DNA of 64,000 nucleotides from an uncultured Gammaproteobacteria bacterium. Its GTDB lineage: Bacteria > Patescibacteriota > Microgenomatia > Levybacterales > GWA1-39-11. Location: contig CAYPEN010000001.1 of the NCBI GenBank assembly GCA_964409875.1, positions 292,275-356,274 on the forward strand. Direction: 5' to 3'. Of the stretch, positions 33,342-46,200 are shown piece by piece. The first letter of the stretch is position 1; every line of letters starts with the position of its first letter. The position numbers and the translations under genes are program-made. The notes under the pieces were generated by a model, which was not told the DNA's origin, did no database searches, and saw only the letters and a list, made by a program, of their open reading frames with translations.

Positions 33342-33644
33342 ATGGCGGATAAGTTATTCCATGTAAAAGTTAGGGATACCGAGAATCTTATTTTCGAGGG
33401 AGAAGTCGAAAGGATAAGTTCTTTTAATGAAGTAGGCCCGTTCGATATATTTCCCATGCATGCAAATTTTATTTCAATACTGCATCAAGAAGTGTCTCTT
33501 TACAAGGATAATCAAAAGGTAAAAGAATTAAAGTTTGAGCAAGCAGTACTGAAAGTAAAGCAGGATGTTGCTCATATCTTTTTAGGCATAGAGGTGCTTT
33601 TTGTTGAAAGTACTACCCCTCTCAATGCGCAAAGTTCCTCCTAA
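33342..33644 (+). CDS. atpC: F-type ATP synthase subunit epsilon
   Basis: A 100-aa ORF at the last position of the operon, beginning MADKLFHVKV... like an epsilon beta-sandwich. Confidence 0.75.
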   Translation: MADKLFHVKVRDTENLIFEGEVERISSFNEVGPFDIFPMHANFISILHQEVSLYKDNQKVKELKFEQAVLKVKQDVAHIFLGIEVLFVESTTPLNAQSSS

Positions 33645-33716
33645 TAAATCATCATAATAACAGGTTATTTAAGCTTACCGAACCATATATATACTCAGAA
33701 TTGAGTTTTTTATTGA

Positions 33717-33740
33717 TATAACTGCAAATACTGCAATACA
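33717..33740 (+). promoter_or_regulatory. Second copy of the taactgcaaa[a/t]actgcaataca motif. It lies 73 nt after atpC and about 390 nt upstream of the giant gene.
   Basis: See 22941..22963. Confidence 0.3.
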
Positions 33741-34132
33741 AGTTGCAATTTAGCCTGAAATTAAGGCATTTCACAAGACTTTTCATAGTTTGAAAAATAA
33801 ATTGAATTATTTTGTAAACAATTTTTTTTCTTTTCATGATGAGAAAATTAAATAACGTGAAAAGTCTTATGACTATAAGATAATTTCACAGATAGATTAT
33901 TTCCTAAAAAAATAAGAATTTTTTTTATAACCATAACTACATCAATCTATATCATACTGAGCAACCATTTTTTCATAATTTTTCTCCCCCTGATGCAGGT
34001 TTAATTTTTTTTATAAAAATCAGTATAGTTTGTTACACTTCTTTCCATTTCGTTGCGTTGACTAAATTTGTAAAAAAAAGTTACAGTAGATGTACACCCG
34101 TTTTAGCAATTGGTGATGACCCAAACTCATCA

Positions 34133-34297
34133 ATGAAATTATTAACTTTAAAGCAGGCGGCCCGTATGCTGGGCGTCTCTCTTGAGACTCTACAGTATTT
34201 GGCCAACAGATATGGTCTAAGCCCCGTAGTCAATGACAGGGGTGAATTTTACTACGAAGAAGACAAACTTCGAGCACTTCTTGAGACAGCAGAATCT
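34133..34297 (+). other. N-terminal helix-turn-helix-like segment (MerR/excisionase-type pattern) of the giant protein
   Basis: MKLLTLKQAARMLGVSLETLQYLANRYGLSPVVNDRGEFYYEEDKLRALLE has the LxxxEaAxxLGVSxxTlxxwxxxG pattern of HTH_17/MerR-family N-termini. Confidence 0.4.
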
Positions 34298-37200
34298 ACA
34301 TACCGCAAGTTCACACAAAACAAGGCAACTATAGGTCAAAAAAAGAGCTTTTTTCAAAATCATGAAAACTCAGAAGCCTCAACTGGTTCTCCTGCAGCTC
34401 CATTAAAGGGCGAAACCAAATGGGAACTCTTTGTTAAATTTACCTACCTCCGGCCTGGAAAAAGAGCTATTGTTTTAGGGGTCATCACCTTAGCTCTTAT
34501 ATTCTCTTTGGGATACGCTCAAGTATCTCTTCTCAAGCTAAAAGCTCAAAAAGCCAATAATGCTTTCAATGCACTTGAGGATACGAGCTCAAAAGTTCTC
34601 GGTGCAGCGACGAGTAAGCTGAAATTAACCGGTAACATTCTCTTTAGCCTGCCTTTAGTTTCGAAGGAGAATGTAGCTATCGGAAAAGAACTTCAGGTAA
34701 CGGGGAAGAGTTTTTTCAAGGATGACATTACTGCACCTAATGTCGTGTATGGAATAACAGCAGGAGGAGGAATTACAATTTCCGGTGATGCGCAAAATCC
34801 GGTCATTTCTGCCGTTCAAGGTGGAGTTACATCACTACAGGGTACCACAGGTGACGTAACCCTTAAGGCTGGAACAGATATTTCGATTTCCGGACTTACA
34901 ATAAGCGATGCTTCTACCCTTTCCACGGTCGTTTCACGGGGAGATTGCACGGGATGTATTACCGATGCGGCGGTAGTAAATACTCTTACCATCGACTCGG
35001 GAGGCCAAGTAGCCGCAGGTGCCATTAAGGGAACTCTTACGACGTCGGTTGGAGGAACCGGACTCAGCACGTATGCAACGGGTGATTTGATATACGCTTC
35101 TTCAACAGACACTCTTGATTCACTTCCAATCGGAGCCGCCGGTCAATTTTTGACGGTTTCAAACGGGCTTCCCGCTTGGGCTTTTGTGAGTTCTTTTGCA
35201 GTTGCCAACGTTAAAGAAAACAACGTAATCATCTCTTCTCAGACGAACACTCTTAACTTCGCAAATAGTGATTTCGATCTTACCGAAAGTCCCGCAGGTC
35301 AAGTCAATATTCAACTTGCCCCTACACCGCCTTCGATAACAGGGGTAGTGAGCAATTTCTCCGTTGGTGGAACCGCAATCACATTTTCTACTAGCGGTTC
35401 GATAACTTCTGCCGGTGCAAATGCATTGACGCTCGATACGGGAACTACTGGAACCCTCAATCTTGGAACCAGTAATAATGCTAAGACTGTTAATATAGCA
35501 ACCGGTAATGCGGGCAACACCGTAAATATTGCAACTGACAACACTGTAGCAGACACCATCAATATCGGCTCGGCGCTTGATACCAACAATCTAAATTCCG
35601 GCTTGGTATATGTCCCGAATGGACGTGTAGGAATAAAAGCGTTGCCTAACGATGTTGATGCAGACACCAATCCTTTTGCCCTTGAGGTAGCAGGGAGTAT
35701 CGGTCCGAATGCGGACGGTGTTTATGATTTGGGTTCTCCGTCATTGAGGTACCGCAACTTGTATATTACGGGGGCGACAACCTCAAATGGAGACATTACG
35801 ATAGCCAATAATTCACCGAAAATTTATTTCATTGATACCGACGTGGGCCAAAACCAGTACCTGGTAAACGTGGACACCTCACAGTTCACGCTTAAAAACA
35901 ACACCACGGGGGCTACGGCCCTCTTTGTCGATTCTAATGGGGATGTGTCTTTGGCCGGAGGATCTGCCTCAACGGGGTGTACAATAGCCGATGCAACCGG
36001 AAATCTGGTGTGTGCCGGAAGCATAACGACCTCCAATACTTCGGGTACGGTTGGGTTCTTCTCACGCAATAACGGTACATCCACCATTTCTCCTGCAACT
36101 TCAGGTGATAATATTTCAACTTCGGGTAATATCCTGACGACGGGAACAGGAACAATTACCTCCGCAGGACTCTTGACTGCTTCAAACGGTTTGACTGTTA
36201 CAGCAGGCGGAATTAACGTAAATAGCACCGGCATTACAAATGCAGGGGATATCCTCGGAGCGGGGGCTATTTCTGCAAGCGCCGCGTTGACATTTACGGG
36301 AACAGGTACAAACATTACAACGGTTTCAAATGCTGATTTGACTATTGGTGCCAATGGAAGCGGACAGCTTGTCATTTCGAGCAATGTTCTTCTTGGGACT
36401 CTTCCGGGAGCAGGAGTGTCGGCAACTACTTTGTGCCGAGATAACACAACTCACCAAATTACCCAGTGTCCAGCGAATGCGTCAAATGTTTCGTTGCAGG
36501 ACGCATATAATGCAGGCAATACAATCAATACCTCTGACAACCGCGACATTGCTTTTACCCTGACCGATACCGCAACCGACTCAAAGTTCATGCTTACCAA
36601 CCAGGGCACCGCAACAGCTTTCACCATAAATGACACAAATGCTGCGGTTAACACGCTTCTTTCGATTCAGTCAAATGGTACTCCTACTCTAACAATTGAT
36701 GAAAATGGCGTAGTTTCAACTTCCGGCAATATTGCAACAACTGGAACTGGAACAATTACCTCTGCCGGACTTCTTACAGCCTCAAACGGGTTAACAGTTT
36801 CAGCTGGTGGAATATCGGCAAACGGTGGCATTAACAACAACAATGGGGGAATTACCAATGCCGGTGACCTTTTAGGAGCTGGGGCAATTTCTGCGAGCGC
36901 CGCATTAACTTTTACAGGAACAGGTCCCAACATTACAACCGTTTCTGATGCGGACTTAACAATTGCGCCAAACGGCTCAGGGCAAATCATCCTCTCCAAC
37001 AATGTACTTCTCGGAACGCTTCCCGGAGCTGGTGTTTCTGCTACCACTCTTTGCCGAGACAATACCTCCCATCTTCTGACACAGTGCCCAGCAAATGCGG
37101 CAAATGTTTCACTGCAAGATGCATATAACGCAGGGAACACTATAAATACATCAGACAACCGCGATATCGCTTTTACCTTGACCGATACCGCAACCGACTC

Positions 37201-40200
37201 AAAGTTCACGCTTACCAACCAGGGCACCGCTACCGCTTTCACAATCAATGACACGAATGGTGCGGTTAACACCCTTTTGTCCGTACAATCCGGCGGCACG
37301 CCAACATTAACTATTAATGAGAACGGAGTCCTTTCAACCAGCGGCAGCATCTCAACTACCGGTACGGGAAGCATTACAAGTGCGACTACTTTGACCGCAC
37401 AAGGTACCACCAACCAACTCGTTCTCGGAAATGGGAACACTACAACCATCAATTCCCTTGCACCTGCAAGCGCAAGGATTGCAACAATCCCGGGTTTGAC
37501 CATTAATGACACTTTCCTCTTTGCAACCGAGTCAGCGCTTGTTTCCAACAAGACTTTCAGGGACAACTCGACCAATTTCCAGGACGAGCTTGATAACACG
37601 AAGCAATTCTCATTTGATGCAAGTCTTATCTCAACGGGCGTTACAAGAAAGATACAAATTCCTGATTACGACGGGACTGTTTGTTTGACGACCGGTAACT
37701 GTGCAGGGTCAGGCGGAGTTGTCGGAGGAAACGGTACCCTTAATCACTTAGTGAAATTCACTATTACCGGTTCGACAATCGGAGACGCGAATCTCACAGA
37801 CAATGGAACAGTTGTGAATGTTCTTTCGGGACTGAATGTCGGTGACCAGACAGGTTCTGATACGTTGTCGGTTCTAAGACTTTTGGACGCAACCGGCGGA
37901 AGCCAAATCCAGAACTCAAATCTTCTCACGCTTCAAGGTGCATATTGGACGGGGGCGGTTTCGCAAAGTGTCGGGTTCTCGTTGCAAAATGTGGTAACCG
38001 CTACTACACCAACTTACAAATTGTCATTCCAAAATGATGGTGGCTCGGAAGTCGCAAGTATTGCCAACAACGGAAATGTCGCGTTAACAGGAACCGTAAC
38101 CGGCGCAACCGGCCTTACTTCCTCAGGAACAATCACATTCTCCGGACTTACCAATAACGGTCCGGTGTATACAACGGCAGGAGGAGTGTTGAACTCCGAG
38201 ACTCTTCTCTCTCCTGTAAGAGGCGGAACGGGCGTTGACTCCTCTTCTGCAGCAAACGGGGCAATTCTTATCGGAAATGGAACAGGGTTTACTCTCGCAA
38301 CTATCACCGGTACTGCAAATCAAGTAAATGTTGCAAATGCGGCAGGAAGCATTACTCTTTCGACTCCACAGGATATTGCAACCTCCTCCACTCCGACGTT
38401 TGTCTCACTTACGTTGTCAAATGCGACTAACCAGTTGGTATTGGGCACTGGCAACACTACAACCATTACCTCTCCGGCTCCCGGTGCTTCAAGAGTTGCT
38501 ACCATTCCAACGCTTGCCGGCAATGACACATTCGTATTTGAGAGCCAGACTCAAACACTTACAAATAAAACCATCGGCTCAACAGGGCTTGTCTTCTCAG
38601 GGGCTGCAACGGACATCACTACCGTTTCAAACGAAGACCTGACATTATCAGCCGACGGGCTTGGTGAGATAGTTCTTTCAAATGTGACCAAAATTCCAAA
38701 CCTTTCAGGAACGGTTGGTGCTACTGTTGTCTGCCGGAATGCATCAAATGAGTTCTCTATTTGTTCATCAAATGCTCTCAACGTTACGCTACAGCAAGCA
38801 TATAATGCGGGCAACACGATCTTGGCATCCGACTCGGAGGGCAACATCGACTTTACATTAGCCGACCTTTCCTCCAGGGCACTGACAGTTACCAATGCAG
38901 GAAGTGCATCATCGGCTCTTGTTATAAACGACACGAATGCATCGGTTCAGAATGCTCTCGAAGTACAGTCTAGCGGCTCAGCAACTCTTACTATAAATGA
39001 GAATGGAAATATCTCAACTGTTGGAAATATTTCAACAACCGGTACGGGAACGATTACGAGCGCCGGTCTTCTTACTGCGTCAAACGGTTTGACAGTGACC
39101 GCAGGAGCAGTCAATATTGCGGGTTCGTCAGGTGTAATCAATCTAACCGGTTTGACAGCCCTGACAATAGATGCAGGAGTCAACAACCTCCTCTTTACCG
39201 GTGGCAATTTCAGTACCACAGCAACAGGCATCAACGGAACGGCAATTGGCGCAACTACCCCGTCAACCGGTAACTTTACCAACTTAACAACGACTTCCAA
39301 TGCTTCGTTCTCGGGCAATCTAACTCTTGCAGGGGCTCCAAGAAGCATCCAGACGACCGAAAACAACACGTTGACCATTGGTGGTGATACGACGGGAAAT
39401 ATTGTTCTTGCACCTCTCAATGGAACAGGAATCCTTACCGTTAATGGAAATACTGTTAATGTCGGAAGCTTTGATGTTAATGGTGTATCAACTTTCAATA
39501 ATAATATTACCCAGTCAGGAGCTTTCACATTCTCAACCGGAACAGGTGCAGTTTCACTGAATGGTAATACATCCGTTACGGGCACTAACACATTCACTGT
39601 TGCGGGTGGTGCTACATCTTTGGGGTCGACACTGGACGTGACCGGGATAACAACTTTGAAGAATGATGTATTTGTAACATCCGACCGGTTCTTCAATGCA
39701 TCAGGGTCGGCTATATTTACTCCGTCGGGTACGAATTCTGTCGTATTCAATACAAATTCAAATGCTAAAGTTCAATTCAACGGCCTTCAGACCGTTAACG
39801 GTAATTCCCTTTGTGTGGACGGCTCAAATTACCTGGTAGTCTGTAACGGAGCGCCATTCGGTCTTCAGGCGGCATATAATACCGGAAACACCATTAACAC
39901 GTCTGATGCCCGAGACATCGCATTCACTCTTTCAGACACCGCTACCGACTCAAAGTTCATTTTGACCAACGAAGGGACAGCAACAGCTTTCACTATCAAT
40001 GACACCAATGCTGCAACCAACACCCTTTTAGACATCCAATCGGGAGGTGTTTCGAAGTTAACTATCAATGAGAATGGAGTCCTTACAACTTCTGGCAACA
40101 TCTCAACGACCGGAACCGGAACTATAGCTTCGGCAGGACTTTTGACCGCTTCCAACGGATTAACATTAACAACCGGTGCATTAAATCTGACCGCTACATC

Positions 40201-43200
40201 CGGGTCATTGAGTCTTTCCGGCCTCTCCGCCTCATCCCTCAATTTCGGAGCAAATGACTTAACGATTACTGCCAATAATTTCAATACGACCGCAACAGGC
40301 ATCAATGGAACTGCAATTGGAGCAACAACTCCCTCAACCGGTAACTTTACGACGCTTACAACAACCGGCAATGCATCATTCTCAGGGAATCTGACCCTTG
40401 CCGGTGCACCCCGTTCTATCCAAACAACCGAATTTAACACGCTGACAATTGGAGGAAATACAACGGGCAATATCACACTCTCTCCTCAAAACGGCCTTGG
40501 TGTATTTACTATAAATGGAAGCACCGTAATTTCAGGAGCAAATACTTTGACTGTTGGGACCGGTGCAACGACTCTAGGAGGAACACTTGATGTTGCCGGT
40601 ATTGCAACATTCACCAACAACATCTCACAAACAGGTGCGACGACCTTCTCTACAGGTACTGGAAATGTGTCACTTAACGGCAATACCTCCGTTACAGGAA
40701 CCAACACATTTACTGTAGGAACCGGTCTTACAACGCTTGGAGGCAACTTTTTGGCACAAGGCACTGCATCAATTTCTGGGGGGCTTACTTTGTTTGGGAC
40801 GCCAAGCATTCAGTCAACCGCTGACCAGACTTTGACCATTGGAGGAGACACAACAGGCAATATTATCCTTACTCCTCTTAATGGAATTGGTATTGTGACA
40901 GTTAATGGCAATGTTGTTGATACCGGGACATTTACCGTCAATGGGGTTTCAACATTCAACAATAATATATCGCAAACAGGGGCTTCCACCTTCTCAACCG
41001 GAACAGGTAACGTCTCACTCAATGGGGCAACATCCGTAACCGGCACTAATACTTTCACTGTCGGAACCGGGGCTACAACACTTGGCGGGACACTTGATGT
41101 TACAGGGGTTGCTACATTTAATAATGATGTTTCCCAAACAGGAGCGCATACCTTCTCAACCGGAACGGGAGCCATTTCTTTGAATGGTGCTACTACAGTT
41201 GCTGCTAATACTGCATTTCTTGTAAGTGCAGGCTCAGGAAGCGTTGATTTCAAAAACACATCGGGAATTACAATCGGCGAGGATATCGCAGGCGGCACCA
41301 ATAATACTCCAGGAACAATTAAGCTTTGGTCTCAAGGGGACAATGCATATTCAACAACCATTACAACAGCCACCCAAACGCAAAACATTACATTTACCTT
41401 GCCGCCAGATGATGGTATAGCAAATTACGTTCTTGTAACGGATGGAAACGGAGTTCTTTCATGGCAGTCAACATCAGGTATTGGGGCTGGGACGATTACG
41501 GCTGTTGGAAATGTAACTTCCGGTACCGCGTTTACCGGCAGTGACTCGTCCTCCAATAAAGGAAATATTCTCATCTTTGAAGGCTCCACAACCGTGGATG
41601 ATGCAAATGATATAACGGTAACTGCAGTTAATCCTGTTTCATCAATTACCTACACGCTTCCCGATATTGGCACCAACGGAACGTTCGCTTTCCTTGAGGG
41701 GACCCAAACGTTCACGGGGGCAAAGACATTTTCTGACTTGACGATTAGTGACACCAACATTCCATTTACCGGAGGGGATACAACTTTTGATATAACAGGA
41801 GCTGCAACACGGACACTTTCACTTGTTAATTCAACGGTAGGACAGGTTGCAAACCTCGAACTTACTGATGGTGACCTTTTGACTGCCGGCACCTCCAGGC
41901 TTACCAATGCAGGAGCATTGCAAAACATCACCGGGTATACGCAGACTTCAGGCAACTTCTCTATAGCAGGAGCAGGAACATTCTCAACCGGAACCGGCAG
42001 TATTTCGTTGAATGGTAACACTTCTGTTACCGGCACTAACGCCTTTACGGTCGGAACCGGTCTAACGACTTTGGGCGGAGACCTTCTAACAAATGGAACA
42101 GCTTCTGTTTCAGGTGCGTTAACGCTCTTCACAACACCAACCATTCAAGCAACCGACCTCCAAGCATTAACTCTGGGAAGCGCTACAACCGGCCAACTTA
42201 ATCTTTTCAATAATACGTATGTTTTAGGAACCAGTAACTTCACAGTCGGAACCGGAGCGACTACACTTGGCGGAACACTTGATGTTGCCGGTGTTGCAAC
42301 ATTTACTAACAATATCTCCCAAACAGGAGTAACCACCTTCTCAACAGGCACCGGTAATGTTTCACTTAATGGGAATACATCCGTTACGGGTACTAACACA
42401 TTCACTGTTGCAGGTGGTGCTACATCTTTGGGGTCGACACTGGACGTGACAGGAATTACCACTTTGAAAAATGATGTGTTCATAACATCCGACCGGTTCT
42501 TTAATGCTTCAGGCTCTGCTGTCTTTACTCCATCATCTGACAATGATGTTGTCTTTAACACCGATAACAACTCAACCGTTATCTTTAATGGGCTTCAGAC
42601 GGCAGCAGGTTCAAAAATTTGTATCGACGGGTCCAATAACCTGGTTCTTTGTGCATCTCAGGGTGGAACATTGCAGCAGGCTTACAATGAGGGGAACACC
42701 ATCAACACATCTGACGCCCGGGACATCGCATTTACGCTTTCTGACACCGCTACCGACTCAAAGTTCATTTTGACGAACGAAGGAACAGCAACGGCTTTTA
42801 CTATCAATGACACGAATGCGGCAACCAACACATTGCTTGATATCCAGTCGGGAGGTGTTTCGAAGTTAACCATAAACGAGAACGGTGTTCTTACAACTTC
42901 TGGCAACATCTCAACAACCGGAACCGGAACCATAACTAGCGCAGGACTTCTCACTGCATCAAATGGTTTTACGGTCACAACCGGAGCAGTCAATATTACC
43001 GGCACATCAGGGGCCCTTAATCTCACCGGTCTTACCGCTGCAACAATTGATGCGGGAGTCAACAATATTCTTATAACTTCGGCCAACTTCAATACCACAG
43101 CAACAGGTATCAACGGAACTGCAATTGGGGCCACTACACCTTCAACGGGTAATTTCACGACTTTGACTACAACCGGAAATGCTTCAGTCTCGGGAAACCT

Positions 43201-46200
43201 TACCCTTGCAGGAGCACCCCGTTCCATCCAAACGACTGAATTTAACACCCTGACAATTGGAGGAAATACGACTGGAAATATTGTTCTTTCTCCTCAAAAC
43301 GGTCTTGGTCTATTTACTATAAATGGAAATACGGTAGTGTCTGGCACTAACACCCTAACTGTCGGAACAGGAGCCACCACACTGGGCGGGACATTGGACG
43401 TAGCCGGTGTTTCAACATTTACCAACAACATCACCCAGACAGGAGCATCAACTTTCTCAACAGGAACAGGTGCAGTTTCACTGAATGGTAACACCAGCGT
43501 AACCGGCACTAACACATTCACTGTCGGAACAGGCGCAACAACACTTGGAGGAACCTTGGATGTTGCCGGAGTTGCAACATTTACCAATAACATTTCCCAA
43601 ACAGGAGCAACCACCTTCTCAACCGGAACGGGTGTTGTTTCTCTAAATGGCAACACATCGGTTACCGGCGCCAACACCTTCACCGTCGGAACCGGTCTTA
43701 CAACTCTTGGAGGAAATCTTATCGCAAATGGCAGCGCTTCTATCTCAGGAGCTCTAACTCTTTTCGGAATTCCGACAATCCAAACTACCGATTTCCAAAA
43801 CTTGACTCTCGGAGGGGGCCAGACCGGGGGCATCGTTCTTAACAGCGGAACGGTTGTCAATGGAGGAAACACTTTCACTGTTGGAACCGGTGCCACTACT
43901 CTTGGAGGGACTTTGAATGTTGCGGGTGTTGCAACATTTACCAATAATATTTCTCAAACAGGAGCAACCACCTTCTCAACCGGAACGGGTGTTGTTTCTC
44001 TAAATGGCAACACATCGGTTACCGGTACTAACACATTTATGGTTGCAGGCGGAGCGACGTCCTTGGGTTCCACACTTGATGTAACGGGAATAACAACTTT
44101 GAAGAATGATGTATTTGTAACATCCGACCGGTTCTTCAATGCATCAGGGTCGGCTATATTTACTCCGTCGGGTACGAATTCTGTCGTATTCAATACAAAT
44201 TCAAATGCTAAAGTTCAATTCAACGGCCTTCAGACCGTTAACGGTAATTCCCTTTGTGTGGACGGCTCAAATTACCTGGTAGTCTGTAACGGAGCGCCAT
44301 TCGGTCTTCAGGCGGCATATAATACCGGAAACACCATTAACACGTCTGATGCCCGAGACATCGCATTCACTCTTTCAGACACCGCTACCGACTCAAAGTT
44401 CATTTTGACCAACGAAGGGACAGCAACAGCTTTCACTATCAATGACACCAATGCTGCGGTTAACACCCTACTCTCCATCCAATCTAACGGAACACCGACA
44501 TTAACAATTGATGAGTCAGGAGCTTTAAGTACAAGCGGTAGCATCACAACAACAGGAACAGGAACCATAACCAGCGCAGGACTTCTCACCGCTTCAAATG
44601 GCCTGACTCTCACAACAGGGGCATTAAGCCTAACTGCCACTTCCGGTAGTTTGAATTTGACCGGCCTCTCTTCATCTACCCTTGATTTTGGAGCTAATGA
44701 CCTCACAATTACTGCAAACAACTTTAATACAACAGCAACGGGAATTAACGGAACGGCAATTGGTGCAACCACCCCATCGACGGGTAACTTTACCTCTCTT
44801 ACGACAACGGGTAACGCATCATTCTCAGGAAATCTAACCTTGGCAGGAGCACCCCGCTCTATTCAGACGACGGAGTTTAATACGTTGACGCTTGGAGGAG
44901 ATACGACAGGCAATATTACGCTCTCTCCTCAGAATGGTCTTGGAGTATTTACCATAAATGGAAGCACCGTCATATCGGGAACCAATACGTTTACCTCTGG
45001 CACTGGGGCAGTAACATTAAATGGTGCGACATCAATAACTGGAACAAACACTTTAACTGTCGGAACGGGTGCAACCACTCTTGGAGGAACCTTGGATGTT
45101 GCAGGCGTTGCAACGTTTACCAATAACATTTCCCAAACAGGAGCAACCACTTTCTCAACCGGAACCGGAAATGTTTCTTTGAACGGCAACACTTCTGTAA
45201 CCGGAACCAATACCTTTACGGTCGGAACCGGTCTTACGACACTTGGAGGAGACTTAATTGCCAATGGAACGGCCTCTATTTCAGGCGGACTAACGTTGTT
45301 TAGTATCCCTATCATTGGTACTACCGACCTACAGGCATTGACACTTGGAACTGGAACTACGGGTCAAATTAATCTTGCAACCAACACGTATGTTCTTGGC
45401 ACAAGCACATTCTCTGTCGGGACTGGTGCAACAACGCTTGGCGGAACACTGGATGTTGCAGGCGTTGCAACGTTTACCAATAACATTTCCCAAACAGGAG
45501 CAACCACCTTCTCGACCGGAACCGGAAATGTTTCACTGAATGGTGCAACAACCGTTACGGGGACAAATGCATTCTCGGTTAACGGTGGCCCAACAACACT
45601 GGGTTCCACATTGGATGTTACGGGAATTACAACACTTAAAAATGATGTATTTGTAACATCCGACCGGTTCTTCAATGCATCAGGTTCTGCTATCTTTACT
45701 CCTTCGACTAACAATAATGTAGTGTTTAATACATCTGCAACCGAAAGGGTTCAATTCAATGGTCTTCAAACGGTTAACGGAAATTCACTCTGCGTAGACG
45801 GTTCTAATTACCTTGTTGTATGTAACGGAGCGCCATTCGGACTGCAGGCAGCCTACAACACCGGCAACACCATCAATACGTCAGACGCACGGGATATTGC
45901 ATTCACATTGTCAGATACCGTAACGGACAGTAAATTCATTTTAACTAACGAGGGAACGGCAACGGCATTCACCATCAACGACACCAATGCTGCAACAAAC
46001 ACACTTTTTGATATCCAATCCGGAGGTGTTTCAAAGTTAACCATAAACGAAAATGGAGCTCTTTCAACTTCGGGGAATATTTTAACAACCGGAACCGGAA
46101 CGATTACCTCTGCAGGTCTTCTCACCGCTTCCAATGGTCTGACTGTTACGACGGGTGCTGTTAACATCACCGGTACATCAGGTGCGTTAAATTTATCCGG

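Noticed and set aside
33652-33837. The 61-aa minus-strand ORF in the AT-rich leader of the giant gene
   Set aside because: It is a low-complexity product (K/N/C/I-rich) of an AT-rich spacer with no upstream signal; most likely spurious.
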